A stretch of 64,000 bases of DNA, taken from NCBI RefSeq assembly GCF_001194135.2, contig NC_068984.1, positions 132,313,248-132,377,247 on the forward strand, in the 5' to 3' direction. The notes below the pieces were generated by a model. That model searched no databases. It saw nothing but the letters and a program-made list of their open reading frames with translations, and was not told the DNA's origin. Made by a program: the position numbers and the translations under genes. Positions 1 through 13,586 of this stretch are shown one piece after another; the first letter of the stretch is position 1; each line of letters starts with the position of its first letter. Source of the stretch: Octopus bimaculoides (Eukaryota).

Positions 1-231
1 GTCTCTACACACATTTTGTTAATTAGCTCAATGTTCACATAGTTGACATTCCTCTAAACTGTGTTGAACAATAAATGTTGGACTTTTATCATATCTACCG
101 TTTCATTGTAGATACTGATACACACATACTTTTACACATCTGAAGGGACACAAAGTCTATAGCCTTAGCATTCTCTACTTCACCTCCACCAGACTCTCGC
201 AACTTTGAATAATTTAGTGTAGGTCATATAG

Positions 232-455
232 TAGTTGTTGTTTAATCTCATGTTGGACTTACTTGAGCAGACCTATGATCAAAAATATTCTAGCTGTGAC
301 TATTCGTTCTCCACCTCACCTTTTTTTTTCTTTTTTTTTTTTAAAGAGTTCTTGAAATGTGTCCATTCTGTTCTAAAACTGTAGGCTGTGATGTGAAGAT
401 TGGGCTGCTATCCTTTTCAAGTCAAGCAACTATGTAGAGGCTCCTTTGTTGGTTT
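232..455 (+). repeat. Unclassified ~230-bp interspersed repeat
   Basis: GAGCAGACCTATGATCAAA..TTCCAGCTGTGAC..GTGTGATTTGA..TTTGGCTGCTATTTCTAG. Recurs near 8990-9185, 16550-16750, 37880-37990, 49395-49600, 52960-53165, 53260-53410(-) and 59690-59870. Confidence 0.6.
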
Positions 456-1322
456 GTTTGTAGATGAAAGAAGGAAAATGTGAGCAAGGTGATACAGTTA
501 TTGAAAGGAATGGTTCTGGACAAAACTAAAAGCAAAGGTTAAGAATGAGGCAGTCAGAGTGCTGAGAAGCGAGGTGGATGGTTCATATTTCACTTGGGTA
601 AGAATAGTGTAGAATGGGATAGTTTTAGTGTAGTAGGCAACACATAAGCCACATAATTGTGCGTAAAGGTATGTGTGATCTGACAGCCCATTTATAGGTA
701 TGTGGAGCATATGTGGTTTCATCCTAGCTACATATAATTTATATATTACTTGTTTATGTAGAATCATGCATAAAGACAATTAGACAGTAACTGAAAGTTC
801 AGTCGAAATATCTCAATTTTATATAAGGGAAACATTGATAGTGACTTCAAAGTTTCTTCTTTTGCCAGCTTTACCAGACTATTGAAGCTGACACAATGTA
901 TGTGTACAAATGCAAATTGCAGGAGTAACGAGGAATCTTTAATACAGTAATGATTTATATTATCAATAAATATTTTAGTACCTTTTCTAGATTAAGTTCA
1001 AGTCCTGTACATGTGTGTGCGGTGTGGGGAACTGACTACACAATATCTAATGAATTACTTCTTATCTGTAAACACACACTGTAGTTGAAATCTTCTTCTC
1101 TACAGAGTTTGATGCTCAACATGTCTTAGACTTCTACATGTTGTAACTTGTAAACTCTGTGTGCTGTAGCCCTATCATTGCTGTAATTGACAAGCTCATT
1201 TGTGATTTCTTCTACTAGTTTGTTTAATATGTTACTATCTGCTACTGCAGGGTAAATTTCTGTACTAAACACATAGCTAAACTAGCCACTGCCTCATATA
1301 TAGTATGAGTTTACATGATTTA

Positions 1323-1493
1323 TTGTATTTGATGGCATAAAAGATGTCACTTTGTTGGCACATATTCAGGAATAGAAGTTTTTAATGCATTAAAGTATGT
1401 AATATAGGCCCAGTTTCGCATATAGAACCTGGAGTAATTTTTTTCAAGACATCAATTTAGAAAAAAAAGTGTCTTATGTGCCATCAAATATGG
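1323..1493. mobile_element. Old pogo/Tc1-like MITE
   Basis: Decayed TIRs TTGTATTTGATGGCATAAAAGA and TCTTATGTGCCATCAAATATGG. Confidence 0.45.
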
Positions 1494-1595
1494 TTCTAGG
1501 ATTCTTTGGCTACAAGTTGGCCCTTATTATGCAGACTTATGATCAAAGCTATTCCAACCTTGACTATTGTCTTTACACAGGTATATGTACCCAGA

Positions 1596-2189
1596 GGAGG
1601 TGCAATGGCCCAGTGGTTAGGGCAGCGGACTCGTGGTCATAGGATCGCAGTACACCTAAAGCTCCACGAGGCTCCGGCAGGAGATGGTGGCGAACCCTGC
1701 TGTACTCTTTCACCACAACTTTCTCTCCCTGTTTCTTCCTGTTTCTCTTGTACCTGTATTTCAAAGGGTCAGCCTTGTCACACTGTGTCATGCTGAATCT
1801 CCCCGAGAACTATGTTAAGGGTACACGTGTCTGTGGAGTGCTCAGCCACTTGCACGTTAATGTCACGAGCAGGCTGTTCCGTTGATCAGNNNNNNNNNNA
1901 TTGCAGTACACCTAAAGTTCCATGAGGCTCCGGCAGGAGATGGTGGCGAACCCTGCTGTACTCTTTAACCACAACTTTCTCTCACTCTTACTTCCTGTTT
2001 CTGTTGTGCCTGTAATTCAAAGGGTCAGCCTTGTCACACTGTGTCACGCTGAATATCCCCGAGAACTACGTTAAGGGTACACGTGTCTGTGGAGTGCTCA
2101 GCCACTTGCACGTTAATTTCACAAACAGGCCTGTTCCGTTGATCAGATCAACTGGAACCCTCATCATCGTAACTGACAGAGTGCCAACC
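1596..2189 (+). mobile_element. tRNA-derived SINE (head A + tail 1) with internal duplication across a 10-N gap
   Basis: Head GGAGGTGCAATGGCCCAGTGGTTAGGGCAGCGGACTC, tail ending GTGCCAAC, TSD ATGTACCCAGA (1585-95, 2190-2200). Confidence 0.85.
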
Positions 2190-2639
2190 ATGTACCCAGA
2201 GTAACATTCAATGCTTATTTAGTTGGAGACAGCACATTGTCTGGTTTCAGGGAGATTTGGTTAAGCAGGTTCGTTTTTTGATTCCTCATCATCCTCATCA
2301 TTTAACATCTGGTTTCCATGCTGGCATAGGTTGGACCAGCTGGCACGAGTTGATTAGATTACAAATAAGTAAACAGGCTTTATGGAAAGTAACTTCCAGC
2401 TTACATAACATCTTAACTTCTTTCTGGTAGATGGTTGGTGCATTATTGAAATTATTTGTCATCTAATTTTATCATCTTTTACCTCCTTCAACTAAAGTTT
2501 TCAATTCAGATTCTCACTAGATCCATCTTAGATATCATTAGTTTTAAGTTATGGCTTTTTATTTTGTGAGTGTACTGTTTAAACTAATAGCATTTCTCTA
2601 ATTTAATTTCAAACATTCCACTGTGACATCTCTGTAACT

Positions 2640-3110
2640 TTAACAAAGTCAGATTTGATCAGCTTATCCTCATCGCTCAACTCATCTTCATTGTCTTTGT
2701 TACCTTGCTGGAAATCTCTTTGTACACTATGTCTGAACTACAAACCTGTTTGCTATGTTTGGTGATGACTTAAGAAAATTATTGTCTTTGGAGTGATTAT
2801 AGTTGTTGTGGCAACAGGTTTAACGATATTATCTCAAATGAAAACTCTGAAATGGTCTTTCAAGGACAATAGATGGAATAGCAAATTGATAGAGTGGACA
2901 TTACATCCAGAAAAATGACAGAAGGGAAAACCATGCAGAAGTTGGAATGAAGACTTTGTTTAAATTCTTTGGCACCTAAACATGGATGAGGAAAACACCA
3001 GACTATGGTTGGTGGACTGAACATGTGCAAGGGATGATGTACCTTGCATAAAGCCATTACATAATTGTTGTTTAACCCCAGGTCAAATCTGTGCACAAAT
3101 AGCTCCATTT
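2640..3110 (-). mobile_element. Possible very old Penelope-like RT remnant
   Basis: Minus-strand fragments IFLDV..SIY and HSKQVCSSDIVYKEISS resemble the PLE LPFLDV..YRKP and RAxxICS...E motifs. Many stops. Confidence 0.35.
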
Positions 3111-4019
3111 AGTATAATCCAATCTTTTATTCTAATGTAGAATTATATTATCCCTGCAATTTTTTTTTTTGTTAATTCTATTGTTAGAAGTACTTGAGAG
3201 TAAGTTGGCTGCTATTTCTGATTGGTTGAGTGAGCAGTCATGGGTAACATGCAGCCTGTAGAAGTTTCTGAATGACATGCCGAATGAAAAAAAAAATTAC
3301 CTTCTCTTTTTTTAGTAGTGCAGCTCACCTGATGAGAAGCCATGTCTAATGTGGCCCACTTCTTGAAAAATGTTGCCCATGCCTGATATAGAGTCTCCCT
3401 CATTGGTTGAAGTGATTTTTGGTTTCTAGTTGTGACCAGCAAAGTGGTTTTTTGATCATTTCTATTGTGTCCTGTTGGTTGTCCTTTGTGGAATTTAAAG
3501 TCCAGAGATATGAGCCCCCAGCTACTTTAACATCCTGTGGTATGTAGATGCCAACATTTTATAGACTTTGTTAAACAAACTGTTTTTGCTAATAATAATC
3601 CAGTTTTATTACTTTCTTGTTTGTTATAAAATTCCTCTGTATAATTTTTGCTGTTTGAAGTTCTTTTAAAAGACTTGTTTGTGAAATAGTTGTTTCTCTT
3701 CATAGTTTTTATATTTCTTAAGTGGTTTGTAAGAGTTAGCATATTGGAATATGATCTGTCAAAGGCCATTAGACACAAAAAATTTATGGCCTAATGAAGT
3801 GTATAGTAGATGAGATGCGAGCTTGCCTTGGACTCCAAGTTGAAGCTCACAAGTTCAACCTACAAGTTTCACTCTAAAAATATCAATAGTCCTAGTTCAG
3901 CCACTGGACTTCTGCCATGCTGGGACACTGCCTTCAAGGGTTTAGTTGACCAAATCATTTCTAGCACTTATTCTAACAGTCTTTTTTGCATGTATGTGTG
4001 ATATATATATATATATATA

Positions 4020-4333
4020 GGAGCACTCCGTTAGTTATGACTATGAGGGTCCCAGCTGATACGATCAACGGAACAGATTGCTCATGAAATGAATGTGCAA
4101 GTGGCTGAGTACTCCACAGACACATGTACCCTTAATGTAGTTCTCAGGGAGATTCAGTGTGACGCAGAGTGTGACAAGGCTGGCCCTTTGAATTACAGGT
4201 ACTACTCATTTTTGCCAGCTGAGTGGATTGAAGCAGCATGAAATAAAGTGTCTTGCTCAAGGACAGAATGCAGCACTGGGAATTGAACTCACAACCTTAC
4301 AATCGTGAGCAGAATGCCCTAACCAAGCCATGC
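4020..4333 (-). mobile_element. tRNA-derived SINE (CORE-like head B + tail 1)
   Basis: Minus strand: tRNA-like head, then TGTCCTTGAGCAAGACACTTTATTTC...CCACTCAGCTGGCAAAAATGAGTA, then the same 3' half as head-A copies. Confidence 0.8.
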
Positions 4334-4647
4334 ACAACAAGCTTCCACACTGTTTCTATCTACTAAATTGATATGGTTAGTTTAAATGCTAAAGAGTTAA
4401 ATAAGATAATGAAAGACCATCATCAGTAAACTCTGAGGACTTCACAGAATCTTTCTCATTTTATCATAAGCATTTTTATGTATTTGTTAGTGTGTGGCTA
4501 AGGTTTTGGGCTCATGCACATAAGGTCACTGGTTTAATTAAGTCTGGTATTTATTCTTATAGCTGAACTGCTAAGTTATAGGGATATAAACAAACCAACA
4601 TCAGTCAAGTGCTGGGGAGGCACCCAAAAACACACATGCAAACATTT

Positions 4648-4709
<62 letters not shown>

Positions 4710-5564
4710 CTGTCTTCCATACAGTTTCCTTCTACCAAATTTACTCAGAAGGCATTGGTTAATCCTAGCTATAGAAGACATTTCTCCAAGGTGCTGTGTG
4801 GTGGGACTGAACCTGAAACACCATGTTGTTGCAATGCCAGCTTCTTAACAGCACACCCATGCCTGCAACTGAAGCATTTGATATATATATATATATATAT
4901 ATATGTTATGTCTTTTTTATGAGGTCTGTGAGGTTGGTATTAATTGCTTTTGAATCTCCTTGTTTATTGTCGTCGCCTGTTGCAGATGCTGTAACCTTAG
5001 CTCTGCTTGAGTAGGCCAGTCACATGAGGTGAACTGACTGGACATTTACAGCCAATATTTTTTTGTTTTTTTTTTTGGTTCCTACTACTCTATATTCGTG
5101 GGCATTTTGTCCTATGAGGTCCCTAAACAGTCTCCATTTTAAAGCTGAGGAAAGTTTAAGGTGGCGAATGGGAAGCTTCTATAAGAAGAGACATTTAGTA
5201 ATAACCTAGTCTGGGAAAATGAAATCTGGTTGTGCTAGAAGTGGCCTCTGGGTGGTTGCAAACTGCATTGGTATTTAGTGCAGTATACTTACAGCTGCAT
5301 TACTCCATCAAATCAGGACATCATCATCATTTGACACCCACTTTTCCATGTTTACATGAGTGAAACAGAATTAGCTGAGGTCAGTTTCCTATGGCAGGAT
5401 GCCCTTTTTGTCACCAACCCTTACCTGTCTCTAAGCAACATATTTTCCCATCGCTTGACATATTTTTCGCAAAAGACTGGAAATGGACAACTTCACTTGT
5501 ATGATGATGATCACCAAGCTCATTTACAACCGTCATATGATGTTTAGACAAGGGTGCATGTGTG

Positions 5565-5570
<6 letters not shown>

Positions 5571-5651
<81 letters not shown>
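5571..5651. repeat. Long (CA)n microsatellite, representative of many in the window
   Basis: Other long tracts: (CA)n about 4649-4706 and 36415-36494; (TA)n about 13545-13583, 57770-57827 and 63088-63143; (GA)n 21655-21685; (TGGC)n 49217-49249; poly-T 49937-49976. Confidence 0.95.
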
Positions 5652-5655
<4 letters not shown>

Positions 5656-6278
5656 GAGAGATTTCTTTTAGTTTTCATCTACCAAATCCCAAATCCACTT
5701 ACAAGGTTTTGGTCAACCTGGGACTATAATAGAAGACTTGCCCAATGTGTCACATTGTAGGACTGAACCCAAAACCATATGATTGGGAAGCAAGCTTAAT
5801 CACACAGCAATGACTACAACAGGATATAAAAATGCATCCTCTTAGATATGAGGCACTATCTTTAACCATGAAAGCAGAGAACATCATGATTTCTCTTGCA
5901 TACCATTACCTTTAGCCCATCAGCATTCAGATTATTCTGTCAAATATAACACTTATTTATTCACATTGTTTTGATTTAATCTGCATTGTCTCATATCTTT
6001 GAGATTTCAATGGTGTGATTGTTTACATGTAGAATGACATTGCAGGGTATGTGCGAGAGGCCAGATATGGCTGTTTTAAATGCTAAAGGGTAAAATGACT
6101 TGTGCTTATTTTAATGACTGGAGGGATGAATGGCAACCAATCCTGAAGGGCTATTTGAACTTAGAATGTAATGAGATATAGTTAAACATTGTATGGTATT
6201 TAATGTCATTTGTAATGAAGCCCAGGCAATTACAAATTATCATTTGTAAACCCAGATAAGTACCACCCTAAAACCTTA

Positions 6279-6538
6279 GTGGAGGCATGTGACTTAATGG
6301 TTAGGGTGTGGACACATGATCGTAAGATTGTGGTTTTGACTCCTGGACTAGGCAATGTGTTGTGCTCTTGAGCAAAACACTTCATATGTTGTTCCATTCC
6401 ACTCAGCTGGCAAAAATGAGTAATCCTGTGATGGACCAGTGTCCAATCCAGGTAAGGAATTTATACGCCATGGAAACTGGGAAATCAGCCCTTATGAGTC
6501 AGTATGACTCGAAAAGGAAACTTCACTTTTTTTTTTTT
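6279..6538 (+). mobile_element. tRNA-derived SINE (CORE-like head B + tail 2)
   Basis: CTTGAGCAAAACACTT...CCACTCAGCTGGCAAAAATGAGTA followed by CCTGTGATGGACCAGTGTCC...ATACGCCATGGAAACTGGGAAA. Confidence 0.75.
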
Positions 6539-7712
6539 TACTTATTCCTACCTTAACTTATTCTTGCTATAGCAAACAACAATGTACAAGATATGCTGTG
6601 TGTTACATGAATGTAGACATACAAGTATCACTAATAAAGTACATGAATATTTTGAAGCAATATTTGAGAAAATCCCTTTTGCTGTTGACAAGGAACCAAG
6701 ATAGCTGGCCTCAAATCAATGTCACTCTACACCCATCTTAGGTTGCTAGGATCCATGTGGCCTTCCAGATATCCGCTAAGGATCTGCATGTTTCCTTGAA
6801 TTTTCTTTGCAATCCATAGTGCTCTTGACAACAGGCATAGCCATTTCCAAGAAAGCGAAATGCTTGCATGCATACACACTCACACATTACATACAATTTC
6901 CTGAAATTCTGAGAGTGTGTATGTATATGAATGATAATGGATTAGCATTGAAGAAACCTTACTAGAATGTTGTGTGTGTCACCTTGATTGATGCTGTTTC
7001 CCATATCCTTTCATCTCCTCACACTAGCTCTTTGTTTGTTATTGGTTGTGATGGCAGTAGTAGTAGTGGTGAGAGAGAGGATTTCACTCATCCCGTCATC
7101 AAGAGCTGTTATCAACAGTTTATGAAAGTAAATATCAAAAACAAAATAAAAACATTAAAAAAACCCCACAAAACAAAACAAAACAAACAAATAAACCATA
7201 CATGCTACATCTGTGTATGAGTTGGAGAGAATGTCTTTTTAAGTGGAGGAATTTTAATTGGTAAGCAATCTCTGGGTAACTTCCATTAATTTACACCATC
7301 TACACTACACTTCAACCACCTGCCACCGCCTTCCAAGTTGGTATTTTGAGATTAAAGCTTTAGATAAGTGTAGATTGTGATGATTTTTTTTATTATTTTG
7401 ATTTTTTTTTTCATTTGTTAGTTTATTTCTGTTAATTGGAAGATAAAAGATGGAAGTGTGAAGTGTGTGTGCTGGGATTTGAATATGAACACCTTTTACT
7501 GCATTAAATGCTAATGATGATGAACCCAATAGGTCAGCCTCTATTGGTAAATAGGTGAGGGTACTATGTCCTTTGTTAAGTAAAATTATGGGCCACTGAG
7601 GCTGTCATGTTGGCTGTTAGATATCTTTCAAAAAGAGGAAGTGTGGGGAACATGATGAGCAGGAGGAGGGTGTAGTATTGTGAGGAAGGCCTATTGATGC
7701 GTAGGGTTGGAG

Positions 7713-8248
7713 CTGGGATCACTAAATTACAGCCCATGGGCCAGATCTGGCCTGTGAGGTCAATTCATCTTGTCTGCCGTTGCACTGTACCTTTTGTGTA
7801 AGTACCTGTAATGAGGGTTCATTTGCCTCTGTCTGGTATGGCATCAATGTTTGGAACAATTTATGTCTGTGAGCAAACATTTTCAAAAATTAAGTTTTTG
7901 AAGTCAGGACATCGAATGAGGTTGGCTGATGAACATTTGAAAGCAATTCTCTTGGTTGGATGCAGCAACTCCAAAGCAAATGATATTTTAAAAGATAAAC
8001 ACCAGTTACACAAATCTCACCAACCATTTTTGCGGCTTAGTTTGCGAGATTCAATATTTGTACACTGGGTGTGATATAGCTATCTTATTGCTAATGTCGC
8101 TTTCTTTGATAACTTTTTGGTAAATAACTATGGTTATCTTGAGTTTTTGTGTATTCGCTGTATTGTATTGAACAAAATAGTTATGTGACCCACACTTGTC
8201 ATTCTCTCAGTTATCTGGCCCGCTGTGAAATAAGTTTGGTGACCCCTG
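7713..8248 (+). mobile_element. Non-autonomous hAT (Charlie/SPIN-like) deletion derivative retaining the C-terminal dimerisation-domain coding region
   Basis: Termini CTGGGATCACTAAAT and GTTTGGTGACCCCTG, with subterminal GGCC(C)G motifs. 8-bp TSD GGTTGGAG/GGCTGGAG. ORF 7811-8074 contains MFGTIYVCEQTFSKIKFLKSGHRMRLADEHLKAIL, matching the hAT dimerisation-domain pattern (MFGSTYxCEQxFSxMKxxKSxxRxRLTDEHL). Confidence 0.85.
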
Positions 8249-9655
8249 GGCTGGAGTGAGTGTACAGTAATGCTTGTCAGTGATAATGATGGGATTGATG
8301 GTAGTTCTTTTTTTTTTTTGTTATGTTGTTTTTGTTGTTCAGATACCTTTCTACCTTCACACCAAGTCAGACCAGCTGGAACAATTGTATGTAGCATGTC
8401 CGCTCAGCAGTTGTTGAATGGTTGTGATTCACAGATCGTACTCCAGATATGCTGCATCTTTAGATGTTTAAAAGACAATCCTGCTGATTCTGGCATGTGA
8501 TAACATTTTAACGGATGTGCTGAGGTAATCTGAGCTTGTTAGGTCTTCTCTGCTCTTTTTGTATGTCTTTAGATTATGGTGGTTGTGGTCACAGTGGAAC
8601 TGGGCAAGGCAGTATCATTTGCTGTTCCTATGCAGTTATGGCTATTAGATAGCTTTCAAATAGTGGGGGTGTGATCAACATTACAAAAGCAGGAGTGGAC
8701 ACCAAGAAAATAGACAATATCAAGAGGCCGACCAAAGACAAGATAGTGAGATAATCTCATCTGTTACCTGGGGCCTACATGGCCATGACTGGCCATAGAC
8801 AGAGAGCAGTAGGAGTCCAGGGAGGGATTCCTCCTTCAGGAGTAATGAAACCTTGGCTAGAATAGGATGTAGTTACATCTCATGGTGTACAGCTCACTTT
8901 GGCGTTTGTGGGGTCTAATGGATCATGTCTGTGCGATGTATTATTTTGAGTATTTTGTAGTTCATTGTGTTGGTGGTCTGTGTTGTGGGCTGCTGTTGTT
9001 CAGACTTGATTAAGCAGGCCTATCATTAAAAGCATTCCTATTGTGACAATCCCATCTTTTTGTAAAGTTTTGATTACATTGTACTAAGCTTCCTTTTCTA
9101 AAACAGTAAGGTGTGATTTGAGAGAGATTTGACTGCTATTTTTATCAAGTTCAATAATAATGTTGAGGCTCCTTTGACTCCGCCATCATCAACTTCTGTC
9201 TTAGAGGTGGTAGTGGTGGTAATGGTGTCCTTGTTTGCAGTAATGGTATACTCTGATATCTATTAGTGGTAATGGTAGTGTTTTGAGCAGACTGATATTT
9301 ACTAATTAGCGTTGCTAATGAATAATGATTGCTGCCAACACTTGGCAGCACCAACTTTATCTAATCTTAAAATATTTTCTTCTATTTATTTTGATATATT
9401 CTTCACTTATTTATTCTTCCATTTGTTAGCTTTCTTTTATGTGCTTCTATTTTATCTCTCTTTTTTCTTTTTTATGAATTCCATCTGTGCAATGGAATGC
9501 TTTCAAGTCATTGCCCTTGACACACCACTGTCGCAGTATCCTCCACCACCTCAACTACATTATTGTGGGGGTGTTATGCTAATGGCCAATAATACATTTT
9601 ATATCTCTAGCTCTTCACTGATACACTTGGTTAGATCTATGGTATTTTCAGCTTT

Positions 9656-9687
<32 letters not shown>

Positions 9688-11129
9688 TGTGTTTCAGCCA
9701 AGTGGCTGCGGTCATGCTGGTGCACCACCGTGAGTTTACTAATTAATAACTTTCGGTATCAATGATGATCTGTCTTACTTATAAATATCACCCCCTTCAT
9801 TGGTATTAAAGGCATCACTCTGCACTGACGTTATTGTTGCTGTTGGACAACTTAAAGGCATCCAAGTTGAGTACCTTCAACAGGATGCTTTACTGTATCT
9901 GATTGCTTGCTTTTCACTATCTTTCTTTCTATCATCTCTGTCTGTGCGAGTAGTAAGTGTTAAGTCCATTGATTATATCTTTTTGCTTATAAAAACGGCA
10001 ATGTTACCAATGAATGAGTTGCATATTTGTGGGTTGGTGTTGATGGTAGGAAAATTAAATCAGATGTATTATGATGGTAGTGCACCACTGTCTTAGATTC
10101 AGAAAGTTATTTTCCATTATGTGTGTTGTCTGAATGCAGTGTCATTATCCATTGGCTTAGCAATTGATTAAGTAGACCCACAAGGCTTTACCTTTTTATG
10201 ATGGTAGAGGCTTTTGTTTGTCAATTCTAGCAGAGTAAACATGGTATTGTAAGGTGCAGTGTGGAAATCCAAGTATGTTTGCACCCATTTTACAACCCTG
10301 GTTCTTCTTGTATGATCAACAGTTCAGGTAATGGTCATATAAGAGACCAGCATGGAAAGATTCAGACAAGAGGTAGCTTCTTTAGATTTTGGCTAACACT
10401 ACAGTGTTTAGATTGACAGAAACTGTGTTTGCTTCGATCAATTGGGAAAATACTTGTTCCATTTGCTTTAGTAAGATTGAATATGTAATTATTGGGGATA
10501 TGTGGGTTACTGATGACTCTAGCAATAATCTGTGTTCCTTACCTTAGTTTTTCAGTAAGTGGTCTGCAATAGTGGTTTGAGCAGAATACTTGATCGCCTT
10601 TAACAAAAAACTTTCACAAATCCAGCTTGAACCTGGAATGTCATTAACCCTTTCGTTACCAACCCGGCTGAAACTGGCTCTGACCCTGAGTACAAATGTC
10701 TTGTTTTCATAAGATTTGAATTAAAATCTTCCACCAAACCTGGAGTGCTTTTTAATCATAAGTCTGCTCGTTCTGAGCTCACCTGGGGCTAAACATTTCC
10801 AATGTACTTTTAGTTATACCAGAGTAATAGTATAACAAATAGACCTGTTGGTTACACACCTAATCGTTTTGACTGACAACATCAGTGTCATAGGTCTACT
10901 CAATCAGACCTGACTGGGGCCACACATCTTCAACAACACTATCCCCATAATTGCTACAGCTGCTGCAAGTAAAAGCCTTAAATCTAACACAGAGGGGTCA
11001 AAATATTCTGTCGCTTGAGCTTTATATAGTTTCTTCATCTCTCTCAGTTTTCACTTTGTTTCTATGATTATCTTCCCTATTTGTATGTCCATTTATCTCT
11101 CTCCCATTCTCTGTCGGTCTGTTTCTCTA

Positions 11130-11171
<42 letters not shown>

Positions 11172-11269
11172 ATCTTTGAACAAATAATCACACTCACTGT
11201 TGACATCTCTTATCTCTATGCTGTAGCATTTAAAACACACACACACACACTCACATACACACCTGGCAT

Positions 11270-11303
<34 letters not shown>

Positions 11304-11887
11304 TTATACACTCACATGTATATATGTTCAGAGTACTTCAACCAAGTTGACTGTGACCCTGGTTATAGCCTCCTGCTGTCTAACCTGGTGGAAAGTAGGC
11401 AGGTGGGACTGTTTAGGTGGTGTTGGAGCAGTAGGTTGACATTCTTGAAATACCTTTGCCTTTCTATGTAACACCTCTTCCTGATTGTTTCTACTCACTG
11501 AATATCTCTGTGTTCCCCCCACCTGCTTATAGGTTTGTTCAATGATTTCTTTCTTTCTTTTGTCCTTCTGCAGCTTCATTGTTCAGCTACTGAAAGGGGG
11601 GACCTTCCACTAATAGAATATTGGTTAAAATGTTAATGACAATAATGATGATGATGTGTTAATAATTTCTAACAAATACAATGCAACAGAATTTAAAGAG
11701 AGTACAGTTCGTTATATTGAGTTCTTGGTACTTCATTGAAAGTTATTTTGAGCCTGGAAGGTTGAAAGATAAAATCAGCCTCAACAGAATATGAACAGAG
11801 AACATTAAAAGACATCACTAAATTCTGCAAAAACATTTCTTCTGATGCTTTTCTTTATAATGGGATTTTTTTATTTATATATATATA

Positions 11888-12254
11888 NNNNNNNNNNNNN
11901 NNNNNNNNNNNNNNNNNNNNNNNNNNNNNNNNNNNNNNNNNNNNNNNNNNNNNNNNNNNNNNNNNNNNNNNNNNNNNNNNNNNNNNNNNNNNNNNNNNNN
12001 NNNNNNNNNNNNNNNNNNNNNNNNNNNNNNNNNNNNNNNNNNNNNNNNNNNNNNNNNNNNNNNNNNNNNNNNNNNNNNNNNNNNNNNNNNNNNNNNNNNN
12101 NNNNNNNNNNNNNNNNNNNNNNNNNNNNNNNNNNNNNNNNNNNNNNNNNNNNNNNNNNNNNNNNNNNNNNNNNNNNNNNNNNNNNNNNNNNNNNNNNNNN
12201 NNNNNNNNNNNNNNNNNNNNNNNNNNNNNNNNNNNNNNNNNNNNNNNNNNNNNN
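11888..12254. other. Assembly gap (largest of six)
   Basis: N runs at 1890-99, 11888-12254, 20806-20940, 54607-16, 56361-70 and 59573-82. Confidence 1.
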
Positions 12255-12470
12255 GAGCGTGACCGTTTTCGTGCGGGTGACACGTAAAAGCACCCACTAC
12301 ACTCTCTGAGTGGTTGGCGTTAGGAAGGGCATCCAGCTGTAGAAACTCTGCCAAATTAGATTGGAGCCTGGTGTTGCCATCCGGTTTCACCAGTCCTCAG
12401 TCAAATCGTCCAACCCATGCTAGCATGGAAAGCGGACGTTAAACGATGATGATGATGATGATGATGATGA
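12255..12470 (+). mobile_element. RTE-type LINE 3' end / RTE-tailed element ending in (GAT)n
   Basis: TTGGCGTTAGGAAGGGCATCCAGCTGTAGAAA motif, CCAACCCATGCTAGCATGGAAAGCGGACGTTAAAC and a (GAT)n tail. The 5' part lies in a gap. Confidence 0.8.
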
Positions 12471-12556
12471 TATATATCATAAAGCATCTATTAGCCTATT
12501 AGCTTACTGTTCTTTTAATAATAGTAAAACCAACCATTTTCATCTTGTACATTCAC

Positions 12557-12666
12557 ATACACAAACAGATTTATACAAATACTTGTGCATTTAGATATAC
12601 ATCTCTATATACACAAACAGATTTATACAAATACTTGTGCATTTAGATATACATCTCTATATACAC
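12557..12666. repeat. Perfect 52-bp tandem repeat, ~2.1 copies
   Basis: Unit ATACACAAACAGATTTATACAAATACTTGTGCATTTAGATATACATCTCTAT starts at 12557, 12609 and (partial) 12661. Confidence 0.95.
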
Positions 12667-13540
12667 TCAGATGTGTATATACTTGACATGCTCTCAACAA
12701 GCCAAGTTTATGACCCAATTGTAACTATTTCACTTAATGACTTTTGAAACCATGAATCACTTCTACAAATTCCTGATCCATTTGGCCAGAACACCGTTTG
12801 ATGGCTGCTCCTTTATAACAAATTCAAATAATTGAATTTCTTTCGCAAATACATGTTTGTGATTTGCAGACATGGTTGTGTGGTTACAAAGTTCGCTTTG
12901 TGACCACATGGTCACAAGTTCAGTTTGACTGCCCAGCACCTTTAGCAAGCGTCTTCTATTATTGCCTCCTACCAACCAATGCCTTATGAGCGAGAAATTG
13001 ATGAATGGAAACTGCACGGAAGCCTGTCATAAATCAGTTTTAATGACAGGAGCCTAAGTAGATAAAATTATAAATAATAATGTTTAACCATTTTGTATTA
13101 AGATTATTCTGTCTAATGTAATGCTAATTTATTCGCATTGTTTTGAATTAAACATGTATTATCTTGTAACTTCAAGATTTCACTGATGTGATTATTTATT
13201 TTTAGAATGACGTCATAAGGTAGGTGTGAGGGGCCAGATCTGACCAGTTTGAACATGAAACAGGTGGAATAATTTGGCTGGATTTGGCCAGTTTAAATGC
13301 TAAGGGATTAAATATTGAGTTAAAACTCTTTGGATGGGAAAAGTTGAATGCTACCCATGGGACACAAACTACATCTCTGTAACCATGTCAGACAGTCTAC
13401 TATCGACTGCCTTTGACTTTCCCCATCCAAAAGTTTTTATAAATTAGTATTTAAACACTATTATTTTTAGATTTATCTACTATGAGTTCTTGTATAACAA
13501 AAACAATTTCACATTTCTCAACTTCTAAATTCATATCACA

Positions 13541-13586
<46 letters not shown>

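Noticed and set aside
3325-3370. CACCTGATGAGAAG... as a hammerhead (similar text at 28495-28555 and 13684)
   Set aside because: No correctly placed GAAA or stem III. The first two belong to a hAT-MITE-like repeat and the third to a SINE-associated region.
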